From Pseudomonadota bacterium (GTDB taxonomy: Bacteria > Pseudomonadota > Gammaproteobacteria > Burkholderiales > Thiobacillaceae): DNA of 26,553 nt. The translations under genes were made by a program, and so were the position numbers. The notes beneath the pieces are model-generated. The model saw only the letters and a program-made list of their open reading frames with translations, made no database searches and was not told the DNA's origin. The stretch covers positions 1 through 26,553 of the forward strand of contig JAJXXS010000289.1 of assembly GCA_021780975.1 (NCBI GenBank). The letters are read 5' to 3'. Shown here piece by piece: positions 1 to 9,018 of the stretch. Positions within the stretch are counted from its first letter, which is position 1, and each line of letters begins with the position of its first letter.

Positions 1-78
1 GGCACGGATGTCGACCGCCACGGCTCGCGCCAGACCGGTTCCATCCTCCTCAGCGAGATGACGGTGGCAGGCGACTGA
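1..78 (+). CDS. pmbA: 3' end of metalloprotease PmbA/TldE (partial, runs in from the window edge)
   Basis: Frame 1 reads GTDVDRHGSRQTGSILLSEMTVAGD-TGA(76-78). This matches the characteristic PmbA C-terminus (G-x-D...GS(I/V)L...M-x-(V/I)AG-x-stop). Only 25 codons are visible. Confidence 0.75.
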   Translation, partial: GTDVDRHGSRQTGSILLSEMTVAGD

Positions 79-141
79 AGCCGGCGCGAATCGCGCTTCA
101 ATGCCCTTTACAGAGCCCGCACACAGCGGCCGGCGACGCCA

Positions 142-1758
142 TCACGCCGCCCCGCCGAGGGCGGCATGAAACACCAGCCCGGCGTGCTCGCGCAGGGCGT
201 GGAATTCGACGTTTTCCCAGCGCTCCTGCACCACGTTCAATTCCGCGCGATGGCTCGCCAGAAAGGTCGGCGCATCCACCACGTCGAAGGCGATGCGGTG
301 CGCATTGCTGTCGATGAAGCGTTTCATTTCCGCCGGATCGCGGCTCGTGACCCAGCGCGCCACCTGATACTTGGAGCCGGCAAAGCGTGCCTCCACCCCG
401 TATTCATGCTTCAGGCGGTGGGCGATGACCTCGAATTGCAGGGCCCCTACGGCCCCCAGAAGCAGCATGCCCCCAACATGGGGACGAAACACCTGGATTG
501 CCCCCTCCTCGCCAAGCTGCAGAAGCCCGGCACGCAGCTGCTTGGCGCGCATGGGGTCGGCGACCTCGACGCTCTGGAAGATCTCGGGCGCGAAGAAGGG
601 CAAGCCGGTGAATTGCAGATCCTCGCCTTCCGTAAGCGTGTCGCCCAGCTGCAGCAGTCCATGGTTGGGGATGCCGATGATGTCTCCCGCGTAGGCTTCC
701 TCCAGCAGCTCGCGCCGCTGTGACAGGAACGACACTACGCTGTTGGTGCGCATGTCCTTGCCATTGCGGCAGATCTTCAGGCGCATGCCGCGCTCGAAGC
801 GGCCGGAACAGATGCGCACGAAGGCGATGCGATCGCGGTGCGCCGGATCCATGTTGGCCTGGATCTTGAACACCACGCCGGAAAATTTTTCCTCGGTGGG
901 CGTCACGCGGCGCTGCAGCGCCTGGCGCGCGCCCGGGGGCGGCGCGAATTCGACGAGCGCATCGAGCACCTCGCGCACGCCGAAATTGTTGATCGCGGAA
1001 CCGAAGAACACGGGCGTCTGGCGCCCGGCGACGAATTCGTCCAGCGCAAACTCCGGCGCCGCGCCGCTCACCAGTTCGATCTCGCCGCGCGCCTGCACGA
1101 AGGCATCGCCGAAACGCTCGGCGCACTGCGGGTTGTCCAGCCCCTCGATGACCTCGTCGGCAGCGTCGAGACGCTCACCCCCCGGGCGGAACACGCGCAT
1201 GCGCTCCTGGCGAATGTCGAACACGCCGCCGAAGCGGCTGCCCATGCCCACCGGCCAGGTGAAGGGCACCGCCGGCATGCCCAGCACCTGCTCGATTTCG
1301 TCGAGCAGCGCCAGCGGCTCCTTCACCTCGCGGTCGAGCTTGTTGACGAAGGTCAGGATGGGCGTATTGCGCGCGCGGCAGACCTCCAGCAGCCGCAGCG
1401 TCTGCGCCTCCACGCCATTGGCCGCGTCGATCACCATGAGCGCGGCATCCACCGCGGTGAGCACGCGGTAGGTATCCTCGGAGAAATCCTGGTGCCCGGG
1501 CGTGTCCAACAGGTTGATGACGCAGTCGCGGTACTCCATCTGCATCACCGAACTGGCGACGGAAATGCCCCGCTGCTTCTCGATTTCCATCCAGTCGGAA
1601 GTCGCATAGCGGCTCGCCTTGCGCGCCTTGACGCTGCCGGCGATCTGGATCGCACCGGCGAAAAGCAGCAGCTTCTCGGTCAGCGTGGTCTTGCCCGCGT
1701 CGGGGTGGGAAATGATGGCAAAGGTGCGACGGCGCGCGACTTCGCGTGCAACAGACAT
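142..1758 (-). CDS. prfC: Peptide chain release factor 3 (GTPase), 538 aa
   Basis: RRRTFAIISHPDAGKTTLTEKLL (G1), DWMEIEKQRGISV, DTPGHQDFSED (G3), NKLD (G4), GALQFEVIAHRL. SD-like GAGGA lies 7 nt before the ATG. Confidence 0.98.
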   Translation of the reverse strand: MSVAREVARRRTFAIISHPDAGKTTLTEKLLLFAGAIQIAGSVKARKASRYATSDWMEIEKQRGISVASSVMQMEYRDCVINLLDTPGHQDFSEDTYRVLTAVDAALMVIDAANGVEAQTLRLLEVCRARNTPILTFVNKLDREVKEPLALLDEIEQVLGMPAVPFTWPVGMGSRFGGVFDIRQERMRVFRPGGERLDAADEVIEGLDNPQCAERFGDAFVQARGEIELVSGAAPEFALDEFVAGRQTPVFFGSAINNFGVREVLDALVEFAPPPGARQALQRRVTPTEEKFSGVVFKIQANMDPAHRDRIAFVRICSGRFERGMRLKICRNGKDMRTNSVVSFLSQRRELLEEAYAGDIIGIPNHGLLQLGDTLTEGEDLQFTGLPFFAPEIFQSVEVADPMRAKQLRAGLLQLGEEGAIQVFRPHVGGMLLLGAVGALQFEVIAHRLKHEYGVEARFAGSKYQVARWVTSRDPAEMKRFIDSNAHRIAFDVVDAPTFLASHRAELNVVQERWENVEFHALREHAGLVFHAALGGAA

Positions 1759-1834
1759 GGATCTTCCTCAAACTGCATTCTGGCGGCACTACGGCGGACC
1801 GCGCCTAAACGCGGTACGCAGAGACGTGGTCAGG

Positions 1835-1873
1835 AAAAAACGCGCCCGCCGTGCTGTCCCGACGGCCCGGCGC
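1835..1873 (-). terminator. Intrinsic terminator-like hairpin with U6 tract in the prfC upstream region
   Basis: Minus strand reads GCGCC-GG-GCCGT-(CGGGACAGC)-ACGGC-G-GGCGC-G-TTTTTT: two 5-bp stems separated by a small internal loop, followed by six T. Confidence 0.5.
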
Positions 1874-1891
1874 CTTCCCGCCCATGGCGTG

Positions 1892-1897
1892 ATTTTA
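1892..1897 (-). promoter_or_regulatory. Putative sigma70 -10 element (TAAAAT) pointing toward prfC
   Basis: Minus strand GCG-TAAAAT-CACGCC-ATG, in an otherwise very GC-rich intergenic region. No convincing -35. Confidence 0.4.
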
Positions 1898-1902
1898 CGC
1901 CC

Positions 1903-1929
1903 TTGCGCCGCCCGCGGCGCGCTTATAAT
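1903..1929 (+). promoter_or_regulatory. Putative sigma70 promoter of pyrD
   Basis: Perfect TATAAT at 1924-1929, 59 nt before the pyrD ATG. TTGCGC at 1903-1908 gives a short 15-bp spacer, so the -35 is uncertain. Confidence 0.55.
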
Positions 1930-1988
1930 CCGCCTTTTGCGACCAGCGGCGCGTGCACCGGCGCTGCCATCCTGATCACAAGCCCGCC

Positions 1989-3020
1989 ATGTTGTACTCC
2001 CTGCTGCGCCCTGCCCTTTTCGCCCTGGACGGGGAAGATGCCCACCGCCTGAGCCTCGCCGCCCTGGACCGCGCGCATGGCCTCGGCCTGCTGCGGCTGG
2101 CGTCTTGCGCGCCGCGCGGAAGCCCGGCGCAGGTCATGGGCCTGCACTTCCCCAATGCCGTGGGCCTGGCCGCCGGGCTGGACAAGAACGGCGAGCACAT
2201 CGATGCCCTCGGCGCGCTGGGGTTCGGCTTCCTTGAAATCGGCACCGTGACGCCGCGGCCGCAGCCAGGCAACCCGCGCCCGCGCCTGTTCCGCCTGCCC
2301 GCCGCACAAGCGCTCATCAACCGCATGGGCTTCAACAATGCCGGCGTCGCCACCCTGGTGGAAAACGTGCGGGCGAGCTCCTATCGCGGCATCCTCGGCA
2401 TCAACATCGGCAAGAATTTCGACACGCCGCTGCCGCAGGCGGCGGCTGACTACCTCGCCTGTCTCGACGCGGTGTATCCCTACGCCCACTACGTCACCGT
2501 GAACATCTCCTCCCCCAACACCAAGGGTCTGCGCGATCTGCAGCAGGAAGGCGCACTGGACGGCCTGCTCGCGGCCCTCAAGGCGCGCCAGCAGGAATTG
2601 GCGCAGCGCCACGGCAAGGCCGTTCCGCTCGCGGTCAAGATCGCACCGGATCTAGAGGAGGAGGAAATCGCTTCCATCGCCGACCTCCTGCGGCGCCACC
2701 GCGTGGAAGCGGTGATCGCCACCAACACCACCCTGGCGCGCCAGGGGGTGGAAGGAATGCCGCATGCCGACGAGGCAGGCGGGCTGTCGGGCGCGCCCCT
2801 GCGCGCGCGCGCCACCGCCGTCGTGCGCAGCCTGCGGGGCAAGCTGCAGGGGGAAATCCCCATCATCGGGGTGGGCGGCATCTGCAGCGGGCCGGACGCG
2901 CGGGAAAAGTTCTCTGCCGGGGCAGACCTGATCCAGCTCTATACCGGCCTCATCTACCATGGTCCGGGCCTGGTGCGGGAATGTGTGCGCGCCGCCGCCA
3001 GCGTCCAATGCGCGGGATGA
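1989..3020 (+). CDS. pyrD: Quinone-dependent (class 2) dihydroorotate dehydrogenase, 343 aa
   Basis: [20 protein letters not shown]-terminus, [64 protein letters not shown] 1989 is preferred over GTG 1953 because it matches the family N-terminus. Confidence 0.97.
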   Translation: MLYSLLRPALFALDGEDAHRLSLAALDRAHGLGLLRLASCAPRGSPAQVMGLHFPNAVGLAAGLDKNGEHIDALGALGFGFLEIGTVTPRPQPGNPRPRLFRLPAAQALINRMGFNNAGVATLVENVRASSYRGILGINIGKNFDTPLPQAAADYLACLDAVYPYAHYVTVNISSPNTKGLRDLQQEGALDGLLAALKARQQELAQRHGKAVPLAVKIAPDLEEEEIASIADLLRRHRVEAVIATNTTLARQGVEGMPHADEAGGLSGAPLRARATAVVRSLRGKLQGEIPIIGVGGICSGPDAREKFSAGADLIQLYTGLIYHGPGLVRECVRAAASVQCAG

Positions 3021-3079
3021 CAAGAGGGGCAGGCTACAATATGCCTCTCTGATCCGGGCAGGCAGAACTCGCGACGACA

Positions 3080-4975
3080 ATGAACCAGCCGCTAACTTCG
3101 GACGATCACGCAGGCAAACGCGCCCTGAGCGCGCTGGCGGTGGGCGCCCTCGGCGTGGTGTACGGCGACATCGGCACCAGCCCGCTTTACACCGTGCAGG
3201 AGATTTTCGCCGGCACCCACCCGCTGGCGGTCACGGCGGACAACATCCTCGGCACCCTGTCGCTCATCTTCTGGGCGCTGACCATCATCGTCTCGCTCAA
3301 GTACGTGGTGTTCATCATGCAGGCCGACAACAAGGGCGAGGGCGGCATCATGGCCATGATGGCCCTGGTGCAGCAGGCGACGCGCGGCAAGCCGCGCCTC
3401 AACTGGCTGCTGCTCACCCTCGGGCTGTTCGGCGCCGGCCTGTTTTATGGCGACGGCATGATCACGCCCGCCATCTCGGTGCTGTCCGCCGTGGAAGGAC
3501 TGTCGGCCGCCGATGCCAACCTGAGCCCCCTGGTGGAGCCCCTCTCCATCATCATCCTTTCGCTGCTGTTCTTCATGCAGCGCAAGGGCACGCACAGCGT
3601 GGGGCGGCTGTTCGGCCCGATCATGGCGCTGTGGTTCGCCATCATCGCCGTGCTGGGCCTGTGGCACGTGGTGCATGCGCCCCAGGTCCTGCTCGCCATC
3701 GACCCGCGCTACGGCCTGCACTTCTTCCTGACGCACGGCGTGCTCGGCTTCATCATCCTGGGCACCGTGGTGCTGGCGGTGACGGGCGCCGAGGCGATCT
3801 ATTCCGACATGGGGCATTTCGGCAAGCAGCCCATCCGCCTCGGCTGGTTCGCCTGGGTGATGCCGGCCCTGGTGCTGAGCTACTTCGGCCAGGGAGCCCT
3901 GCTGATGCGCAACCCCCAGGCGATCGCCAACCCGTTCTTCCTGCAGGCGCCGAGCTGGGGCATCCTGCCCCTCACCCTGCTTGCCACCATCGCCACGGTG
4001 ATCGCCTCGCAGGCGGTCATCACCGGCGCCTACTCCCTGACGCGCCAGGCCATCCAGCTGGGCTACCTGCCGCGCCTGAGCATCCTCCATACCTCGGTGC
4101 AGCAGATCGGCCAGATATACATCCCGGCGGTCAACGCCGCGCTCTACGTGGGCGTGATCCTGCTCGTGCTGGGCTTCGGTTCCTCCAGCGGCCTGGCGGC
4201 GGCCTACGGCACTGCAGTGACCGGCACCATGCTCATCAGCACCATATTGGGCTTCGTCGTGGTGCGCTATCTCTGGCGCTGGAATCCCTATATCACCTAT
4301 GGCGGGCTGGCGGTGTTTCTCGTCGTCGACCTAGCCTTCTTCAGCGCCAACCTGCTGAAGATCCCGCACGGAGGTTGGTTCCCGCTGCTGATAGGCCTGG
4401 CGCTCTTCATCATGCTGTCCACGTGGAAGCGCGGCCGCGCGCTGGTGCGCGACCGGCTGGCGCACCAGTCCATCGCCCTCGAGCCCTTTCTCGCCAACCT
4501 GAACGAATACCCGCCCACCCGCGTGCCGGGGACTGCGGTCTTCCTGAGTTCGCACAACGACGTGGCGCCCCCTGCCCTGCTGCACAACCTGGCGCATAAC
4601 AAGGTACTGCACGAGCGCGTGGTCTTCCTCACCTCGCGCACCGAGGACGTGCCTTTCGTAGCGCACGAGGACCGCTACGAAGTCAGGGACCTGGGCCACA
4701 ACTTCCTGCAGCTCACGCTGCACTACGGCTTCAAGGACGAACCCGACATCCCTGCGGCGCTGGCCGAGTGCGACCACTGCGGCGAGCCCTTCAACCTGTT
4801 GGAGACGTCGTTCTTCCTCAGCCGCGAGACCCTCATCCCCACGCAGCTGCCGGGCATGGCGCTATGGCGCGAGAAGGTGTTCGTCTCCATGGCACGCAAC
4901 GCCCAGCACACCATGAATTTCTTCAAGATCCCGCCCAACCGCGTCATCGAGCTGGGAACCCAGATCGAGCTGTAA
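3080..4975 (+). CDS. kup: KUP/HAK/KT family potassium transporter, 631 aa
   Basis: LGVVYGDIGTSPLY, DNKGEGG, YGDGMITPAISVLSAVEG, TGAEAIYSDMGHF, YG-TAVTGTM, GGWFPL, about 12 hydrophobic segments, and C-terminal RVPGTAVFL...RVIELGTQIEL. Confidence 0.98.
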   Translation: MNQPLTSDDHAGKRALSALAVGALGVVYGDIGTSPLYTVQEIFAGTHPLAVTADNILGTLSLIFWALTIIVSLKYVVFIMQADNKGEGGIMAMMALVQQATRGKPRLNWLLLTLGLFGAGLFYGDGMITPAISVLSAVEGLSAADANLSPLVEPLSIIILSLLFFMQRKGTHSVGRLFGPIMALWFAIIAVLGLWHVVHAPQVLLAIDPRYGLHFFLTHGVLGFIILGTVVLAVTGAEAIYSDMGHFGKQPIRLGWFAWVMPALVLSYFGQGALLMRNPQAIANPFFLQAPSWGILPLTLLATIATVIASQAVITGAYSLTRQAIQLGYLPRLSILHTSVQQIGQIYIPAVNAALYVGVILLVLGFGSSSGLAAAYGTAVTGTMLISTILGFVVVRYLWRWNPYITYGGLAVFLVVDLAFFSANLLKIPHGGWFPLLIGLALFIMLSTWKRGRALVRDRLAHQSIALEPFLANLNEYPPTRVPGTAVFLSSHNDVAPPALLHNLAHNKVLHERVVFLTSRTEDVPFVAHEDRYEVRDLGHNFLQLTLHYGFKDEPDIPAALAECDHCGEPFNLLETSFFLSRETLIPTQLPGMALWREKVFVSMARNAQHTMNFFKIPPNRVIELGTQIEL

Positions 4976-5042
4976 CGCCACCTTAGGCCCGGCCCCAGGC
5001 AGCGATTGCGGCCAATGTTCCCGCCGCGGCGGCATACCCGTC

Positions 5043-5738
5043 TCAACCTTCGTCAGGCAGAAAGCGATAGCCAACGCCCGTCTCGGTGAGAAGGAATCTT
5101 GGACGCGCTGGGTCGTCCTCCAGCTTGTGGCGCAGATGCCCCATATAAATGCGCAGGTAATGGCTGTGCTCCACATGGGCGGGGCCCCACACGTCGCGCA
5201 GCAGCTGTCGGTGGGTCAGCACTTTGCCGGGCTGGTTAAGCAGCGTGAGCAGCAGGCGATATTCGCGCTGGGTGAGATGCACTTCCGCGCCGTTCTTCAC
5301 TATGCGACGGGCCGTCAAGTCCACACCGACATTGCCAAACCGCACTTTTGCGTCTGGGCCGCCCAGCTGTGGCTGGCTGCGCAGCGCAGCGCGCACCCTG
5401 GCGAGCAACTCGGCGATGCCGAAAGGCTTGGTCAGGTAATCGTTGGCGCCTAGATCAAGGGCTTCCACCTTGTCTCTCTCGTCGACGCGCGCGGACAGAA
5501 CGATGATGGGCATGCCACTCCAGGCCCGCACGCCACGGATGAGGTCCAGGCCATCGCCATCGGGCAAGCCCAGGTCAAGGATGACAAGTTCAGGTTTGCG
5601 GGTGGCAGCTTCAATGAGGCCGCGCGCGACGGTGTCAGCCTCGAACACGCGATACCCCTCGGTTTCGAGGGCGGATTTCACGAAGCGGCGAATTTCCCGC
5701 TCATCTTCCACGACCAGGATGCCAGGCTTGTGCTCGAT
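5043..5738 (-). CDS. kdpE: OmpR-family response regulator KdpE (start codon uncertain: ATC 5738 proposed; first canonical codon is GTG 5711)
   Basis: (I)EHKPGILVVEDEREIRRF, LVILDLGLPDGDG (phospho-Asp), LSAR, GANDYLTKPFGIAELLAR, and winged helix YLRIYMGHLRHKLEDDPARPRFLLTETGVGYRF. Lies directly downstream of kdpD. Confidence 0.95.
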   Translation of the reverse strand: MEHKPGILVVEDEREIRRFVKSALETEGYRVFEADTVARGLIEAATRKPELVILDLGLPDGDGLDLIRGVRAWSGMPIIVLSARVDERDKVEALDLGANDYLTKPFGIAELLARVRAALRSQPQLGGPDAKVRFGNVGVDLTARRIVKNGAEVHLTQREYRLLLTLLNQPGKVLTHRQLLRDVWGPAHVEHSHYLRIYMGHLRHKLEDDPARPRFLLTETGVGYRFLPDEG

Positions 5739-5740
5739 GG

Positions 5741-8419
5741 CTATTCCCCTTCCTCCATAGCCGCTGGCTGCGGCTCCAGTGGCAACGTGAAGCGAAAGCG
5801 GGCACCTCCTTCCGCTCGATTATCCGCGCGTATGCGCCCCCCATGAGCCTCCACGATGGCACGGCTGATGGCAAGCCCCAGGCCCACGCCGGGCACTGCC
5901 GTCTCACGGCCGCCGCGCACAAAGCGATGGAAAATGGCCTCCTCCTGACCGGGCGGGACGCCAGGACCGCCATCCCAGACTTCCACCTCCAGTGCATCAC
6001 CGCTAGGACGAGCCGAAATTCCCAGCGGGATGCCCTCCGGCGTGTACTTCGCTGCGTTCTCCAGCAGATTGACCAGCACGCGCTCGACCAGCAGCGCGTC
6101 GCAGCGCACCAAAGGCAGCTCCGCGGGCAAGTTCAGCGTGACCGGGTGGCCCGTGAGCGAGCCGCCCGTCTCGCGCAGCGCGGCGCTGACGATTTCCTCC
6201 ATGGATTGCCAGTCACGCCGCAGCTCGACCTGACCAGATTCCAATCTTGCCATCTGCAGCAGATTGTCGACGATGCGGAAAGTGGCGCGCGCTTGGCGGT
6301 GGATGGCGTCGACCTGCGCGCGCTGCTGGGGCGCGCTGGTTGTCATGCTGAGCGATAGCGTTTCGGCGAGGCCCACCAGCGCCGTCAGGGGGGTACGCAA
6401 GTCGTGGGAAAGGGCTGTAAGGAGGGCATTGCGCAGGCGCTCCGACTCCATCTTCACCAGGGTATCTCGCGCCACGGTGACGAAGTGTATGCGTTCGAGC
6501 GCGATGCCTATGAGGGCGGCAAAGGCTTCCAGCAGGCGCTGTTGCTCCGGAAGCAGGCCACTCCGGGATGGCTCCTGGCTTATGACCAGCACACCCCGCA
6601 CACGCATAGGAGCCGCCAGGGGAAGATACTGGTGGGCACGACCAGGCAAGGTTCCGGTGCCCGCGCCGGCAGGCTCGTTATGGTCGAAACACCACTGAGC
6701 CACGCCAAGGTCGATGTCCTCCGATCCTGCGCTGTCGGCACGCAGCTTGTCATGATCATCAGGCAAGAGGATGCGCGTGCGCGACTGGAAGCTGGCTTGC
6801 AGGCTGCGAGTGCTGATGTCGATGACCTGCTCCTCCGTGAGGGTCGAGGACAGCGCCTTGGCCAGCTCGTACAGATTGCGCGCCCGCCCTTCGCGATAGC
6901 GGGCCATGCGGGCCTCGTAACGCAGCCCCGAGGTCAAATGTCCTATGACAAAGCCAACGATAAGCATGACCACGAAGGTGAGCACGTATTGCACATCGCT
7001 TACCGCAAAGGTGAAGCGCGGCGGCACGAAAAAAAAATCGAAGGACAGCACGCCCAGGACCGCCGTCAGGATGGAGGGACCGCGGCCGCAGCGATACGCC
7101 ATGCCCACCACCCCAAGCAAATACAGCATGACGATGTTGGCGCGGTCGATGTAGGGTGGCAGCGGTGTGGCCACCAGCGTGATCGCCAGGCACACAGCCA
7201 CGGCATAGGCGTAGTGGCGCAGCGGGCTGCGCGGCGACCGCTCCGGGGCTACGCCCCGTGTCTGCGGCGCGGCAGCAGACGCCTGGCGTGCAACAGTGAG
7301 TATGTCCACGTCACTGGCGAGTTGCCCCAGCCGGCGCATGAAGGACTGCCAGCTCCAGCGCCCGCTGTGCGGCCCGCGCCCCAGCACGATGCGGCCGAGG
7401 TTGTGCTGGCGCGCATAATCCAGCGCCGCGGCAGGGGCATCCCGTGCTGCGAGAACCGCGGTTTCCGCACCCAGCTGCTCGGCAAGTTTCAACGTGGCGA
7501 GTACCGCCTCGCGACGCGGATGCGGCAGGCGCTCCAGGCTGGGCGTCTCGACGTAGACGCAGTGCCACTCGGCCTGGCGTCGCGCAGCCATGCGGGCGGC
7601 CACCCGCACGACGCGGCCATCGCTGTCCTCGGGCCCCACACAGGCGAGCAGGCTGTCGCCGGTCTGCCATACAGGGCTTTGGAAGGCTGTGCGGCGCACC
7701 CCCTGCATCTGCTCGTCGACGCGCTCGGCTGTGCGCCGCAGCGCCAGCTCGCGCAAAGCCACCAGATTACCTTTGCGGAAAAAATTATCCGCGGCATGAC
7801 GCGCCTGTTCCGGCACATAGACCTGCCCGCGCTTGAGCCGGATCAACAAGTCATCCGGCGGCAGGTCCACCAGCAGGACCTCCTCGGAATGGTCGAACAC
7901 GCGGTCGGGCACGGTTTCCTGCACCCGGATGCCGGTGACGCCGCCGACCACGTCGTTGAGGCTCTCGAGGTGCTGGACATTGAGGGTCGTGTAGACATCG
8001 ATGCCGGCATCGAGCAGCTCCGCCACATCCTGCCAGCGCTTGAGGTGGCGCGCGCCGGGCGCATTGCTGTGCGCCAGCTCGTCCACCAGGATGACTTCGG
8101 GGTGGCGTTGCAGCGCTCCATCCAGGTCGAACTCGCGCAACGTATTGCCGCGATAGGACGTCTCACGCAAGGGAAGCATCTCCAGGCCGGCGAGCAATGC
8201 CGCCGTTTCGCTACGGCCGTGCGTCTCGACCACGCCCACCACCACATCGCGCCCCTGATCGCGTAGCTGGCGCGCGGCCGACAGCATGCCATAGGTCTTG
8301 CCGACGCCGGCGCAGGCGCCGAAGAAGATCTTCAGCTTGCCGCGCTTGGCCTGGGCTTCTTCTTGCTGAACCTGCGCGAGCAGGGCATCGGGGGAGGGGC
8401 GCTGATCAGGGTCAGTCAA
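5741..8419 (-). CDS. kdpD: Sensor histidine kinase KdpD, 892 aa
   Basis: [28 protein letters not shown]...[28 protein letters not shown], Usp-like domain, four TM segments ([12 protein letters not shown]), GAF domain, [10 protein letters not shown] (HisKA), NLLENAAKY and [16 protein letters not shown]. Overlaps kdpC by 8 nt. Confidence 0.98.
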   Translation of the reverse strand: MTDPDQRPSPDALLAQVQQEEAQAKRGKLKIFFGACAGVGKTYGMLSAARQLRDQGRDVVVGVVETHGRSETAALLAGLEMLPLRETSYRGNTLREFDLDGALQRHPEVILVDELAHSNAPGARHLKRWQDVAELLDAGIDVYTTLNVQHLESLNDVVGGVTGIRVQETVPDRVFDHSEEVLLVDLPPDDLLIRLKRGQVYVPEQARHAADNFFRKGNLVALRELALRRTAERVDEQMQGVRRTAFQSPVWQTGDSLLACVGPEDSDGRVVRVAARMAARRQAEWHCVYVETPSLERLPHPRREAVLATLKLAEQLGAETAVLAARDAPAAALDYARQHNLGRIVLGRGPHSGRWSWQSFMRRLGQLASDVDILTVARQASAAAPQTRGVAPERSPRSPLRHYAYAVAVCLAITLVATPLPPYIDRANIVMLYLLGVVGMAYRCGRGPSILTAVLGVLSFDFFFVPPRFTFAVSDVQYVLTFVVMLIVGFVIGHLTSGLRYEARMARYREGRARNLYELAKALSSTLTEEQVIDISTRSLQASFQSRTRILLPDDHDKLRADSAGSEDIDLGVAQWCFDHNEPAGAGTGTLPGRAHQYLPLAAPMRVRGVLVISQEPSRSGLLPEQQRLLEAFAALIGIALERIHFVTVARDTLVKMESERLRNALLTALSHDLRTPLTALVGLAETLSLSMTTSAPQQRAQVDAIHRQARATFRIVDNLLQMARLESGQVELRRDWQSMEEIVSAALRETGGSLTGHPVTLNLPAELPLVRCDALLVERVLVNLLENAAKYTPEGIPLGISARPSGDALEVEVWDGGPGVPPGQEEAIFHRFVRGGRETAVPGVGLGLAISRAIVEAHGGRIRADNRAEGGARFRFTLPLEPQPAAMEEGE

Positions 8420-8996
8420 TGTGTTTCGCGCCGAGCGCGTTCAGGGCAAGGTTCAATTCGACCACATTGACCCGTGGCGTACCGAATAGATGCAACCACG
8501 GTCGATGAGCCGTTTTCTCGATCAGGGCTTTGACGTCGGCCAGTGGCAGCTGCCGGGCGCGCGCCACCCTGGGCGCCTGATAGTAGGCTGCGGCGAGAGA
8601 GATCTGCGGATCGAGTCCGCTGCCCGAGGCGGTGACCAGATCGACCGGGATCGGTGCATGGTTGTCCGGGTCCGCCGCCTTGAGCGCGGCAATGCGGGCC
8701 TTCACGGCATCGATCAGCGCGGGGTTGGTGGGGCCGAGATTGGAGCCGCTGGACGCCTGCGCATTGTCTGGGTAAGGCGAGGTGGCGGACGGCCGCCCCC
8801 AGAATTCGCCGGGCGAAGTGAAGCTCTGGCCGATCAATGCCGACCCCACCGGGCGGCCGTCCACCGCCAGCAGCGAACCGTTGGCCTGCCAGGGAAACAA
8901 CACCTGGGCCAAGCCCGTGACGGCGAGCGGATAGATCAGGCCGGTGATGAGGGTGAACAGCAAGAACAGGCTGAGTGCGGGGCGCAAGTGCTTCAT
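8412..8996 (-). CDS. kdpC: K+-transporting ATPase subunit C, 194 aa
   Basis: N-terminal [88 protein letters not shown] upstream. Confidence 0.97.
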   Translation of the reverse strand: MKHLRPALSLFLLFTLITGLIYPLAVTGLAQVLFPWQANGSLLAVDGRPVGSALIGQSFTSPGEFWGRPSATSPYPDNAQASSGSNLGPTNPALIDAVKARIAALKAADPDNHAPIPVDLVTASGSGLDPQISLAAAYYQAPRVARARQLPLADVKALIEKTAHRPWLHLFGTPRVNVVELNLALNALGAKHID

Positions 8997-9018
8997 CGGG
9001 ATTCCTCGTGCGGTGGGT

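Noticed and set aside
1894-1901. TTTACGCC upstream of pyrD-kup, identical to one half of the KdpE box
   Set aside because: There is no second TTTA half-site 11 bp upstream (CATG instead), the spacing to TATAAT differs from the kdp promoter, and the bases are better explained as the minus-strand TAAAAT -10.
5021-5032. Perfect 12-bp palindrome CCGCCGCGGCGG between kup and kdpE as a bidirectional terminator
   Set aside because: At best a 4-bp stem once a loop is allowed, no U-tract on either strand, and likely by chance at this GC content.
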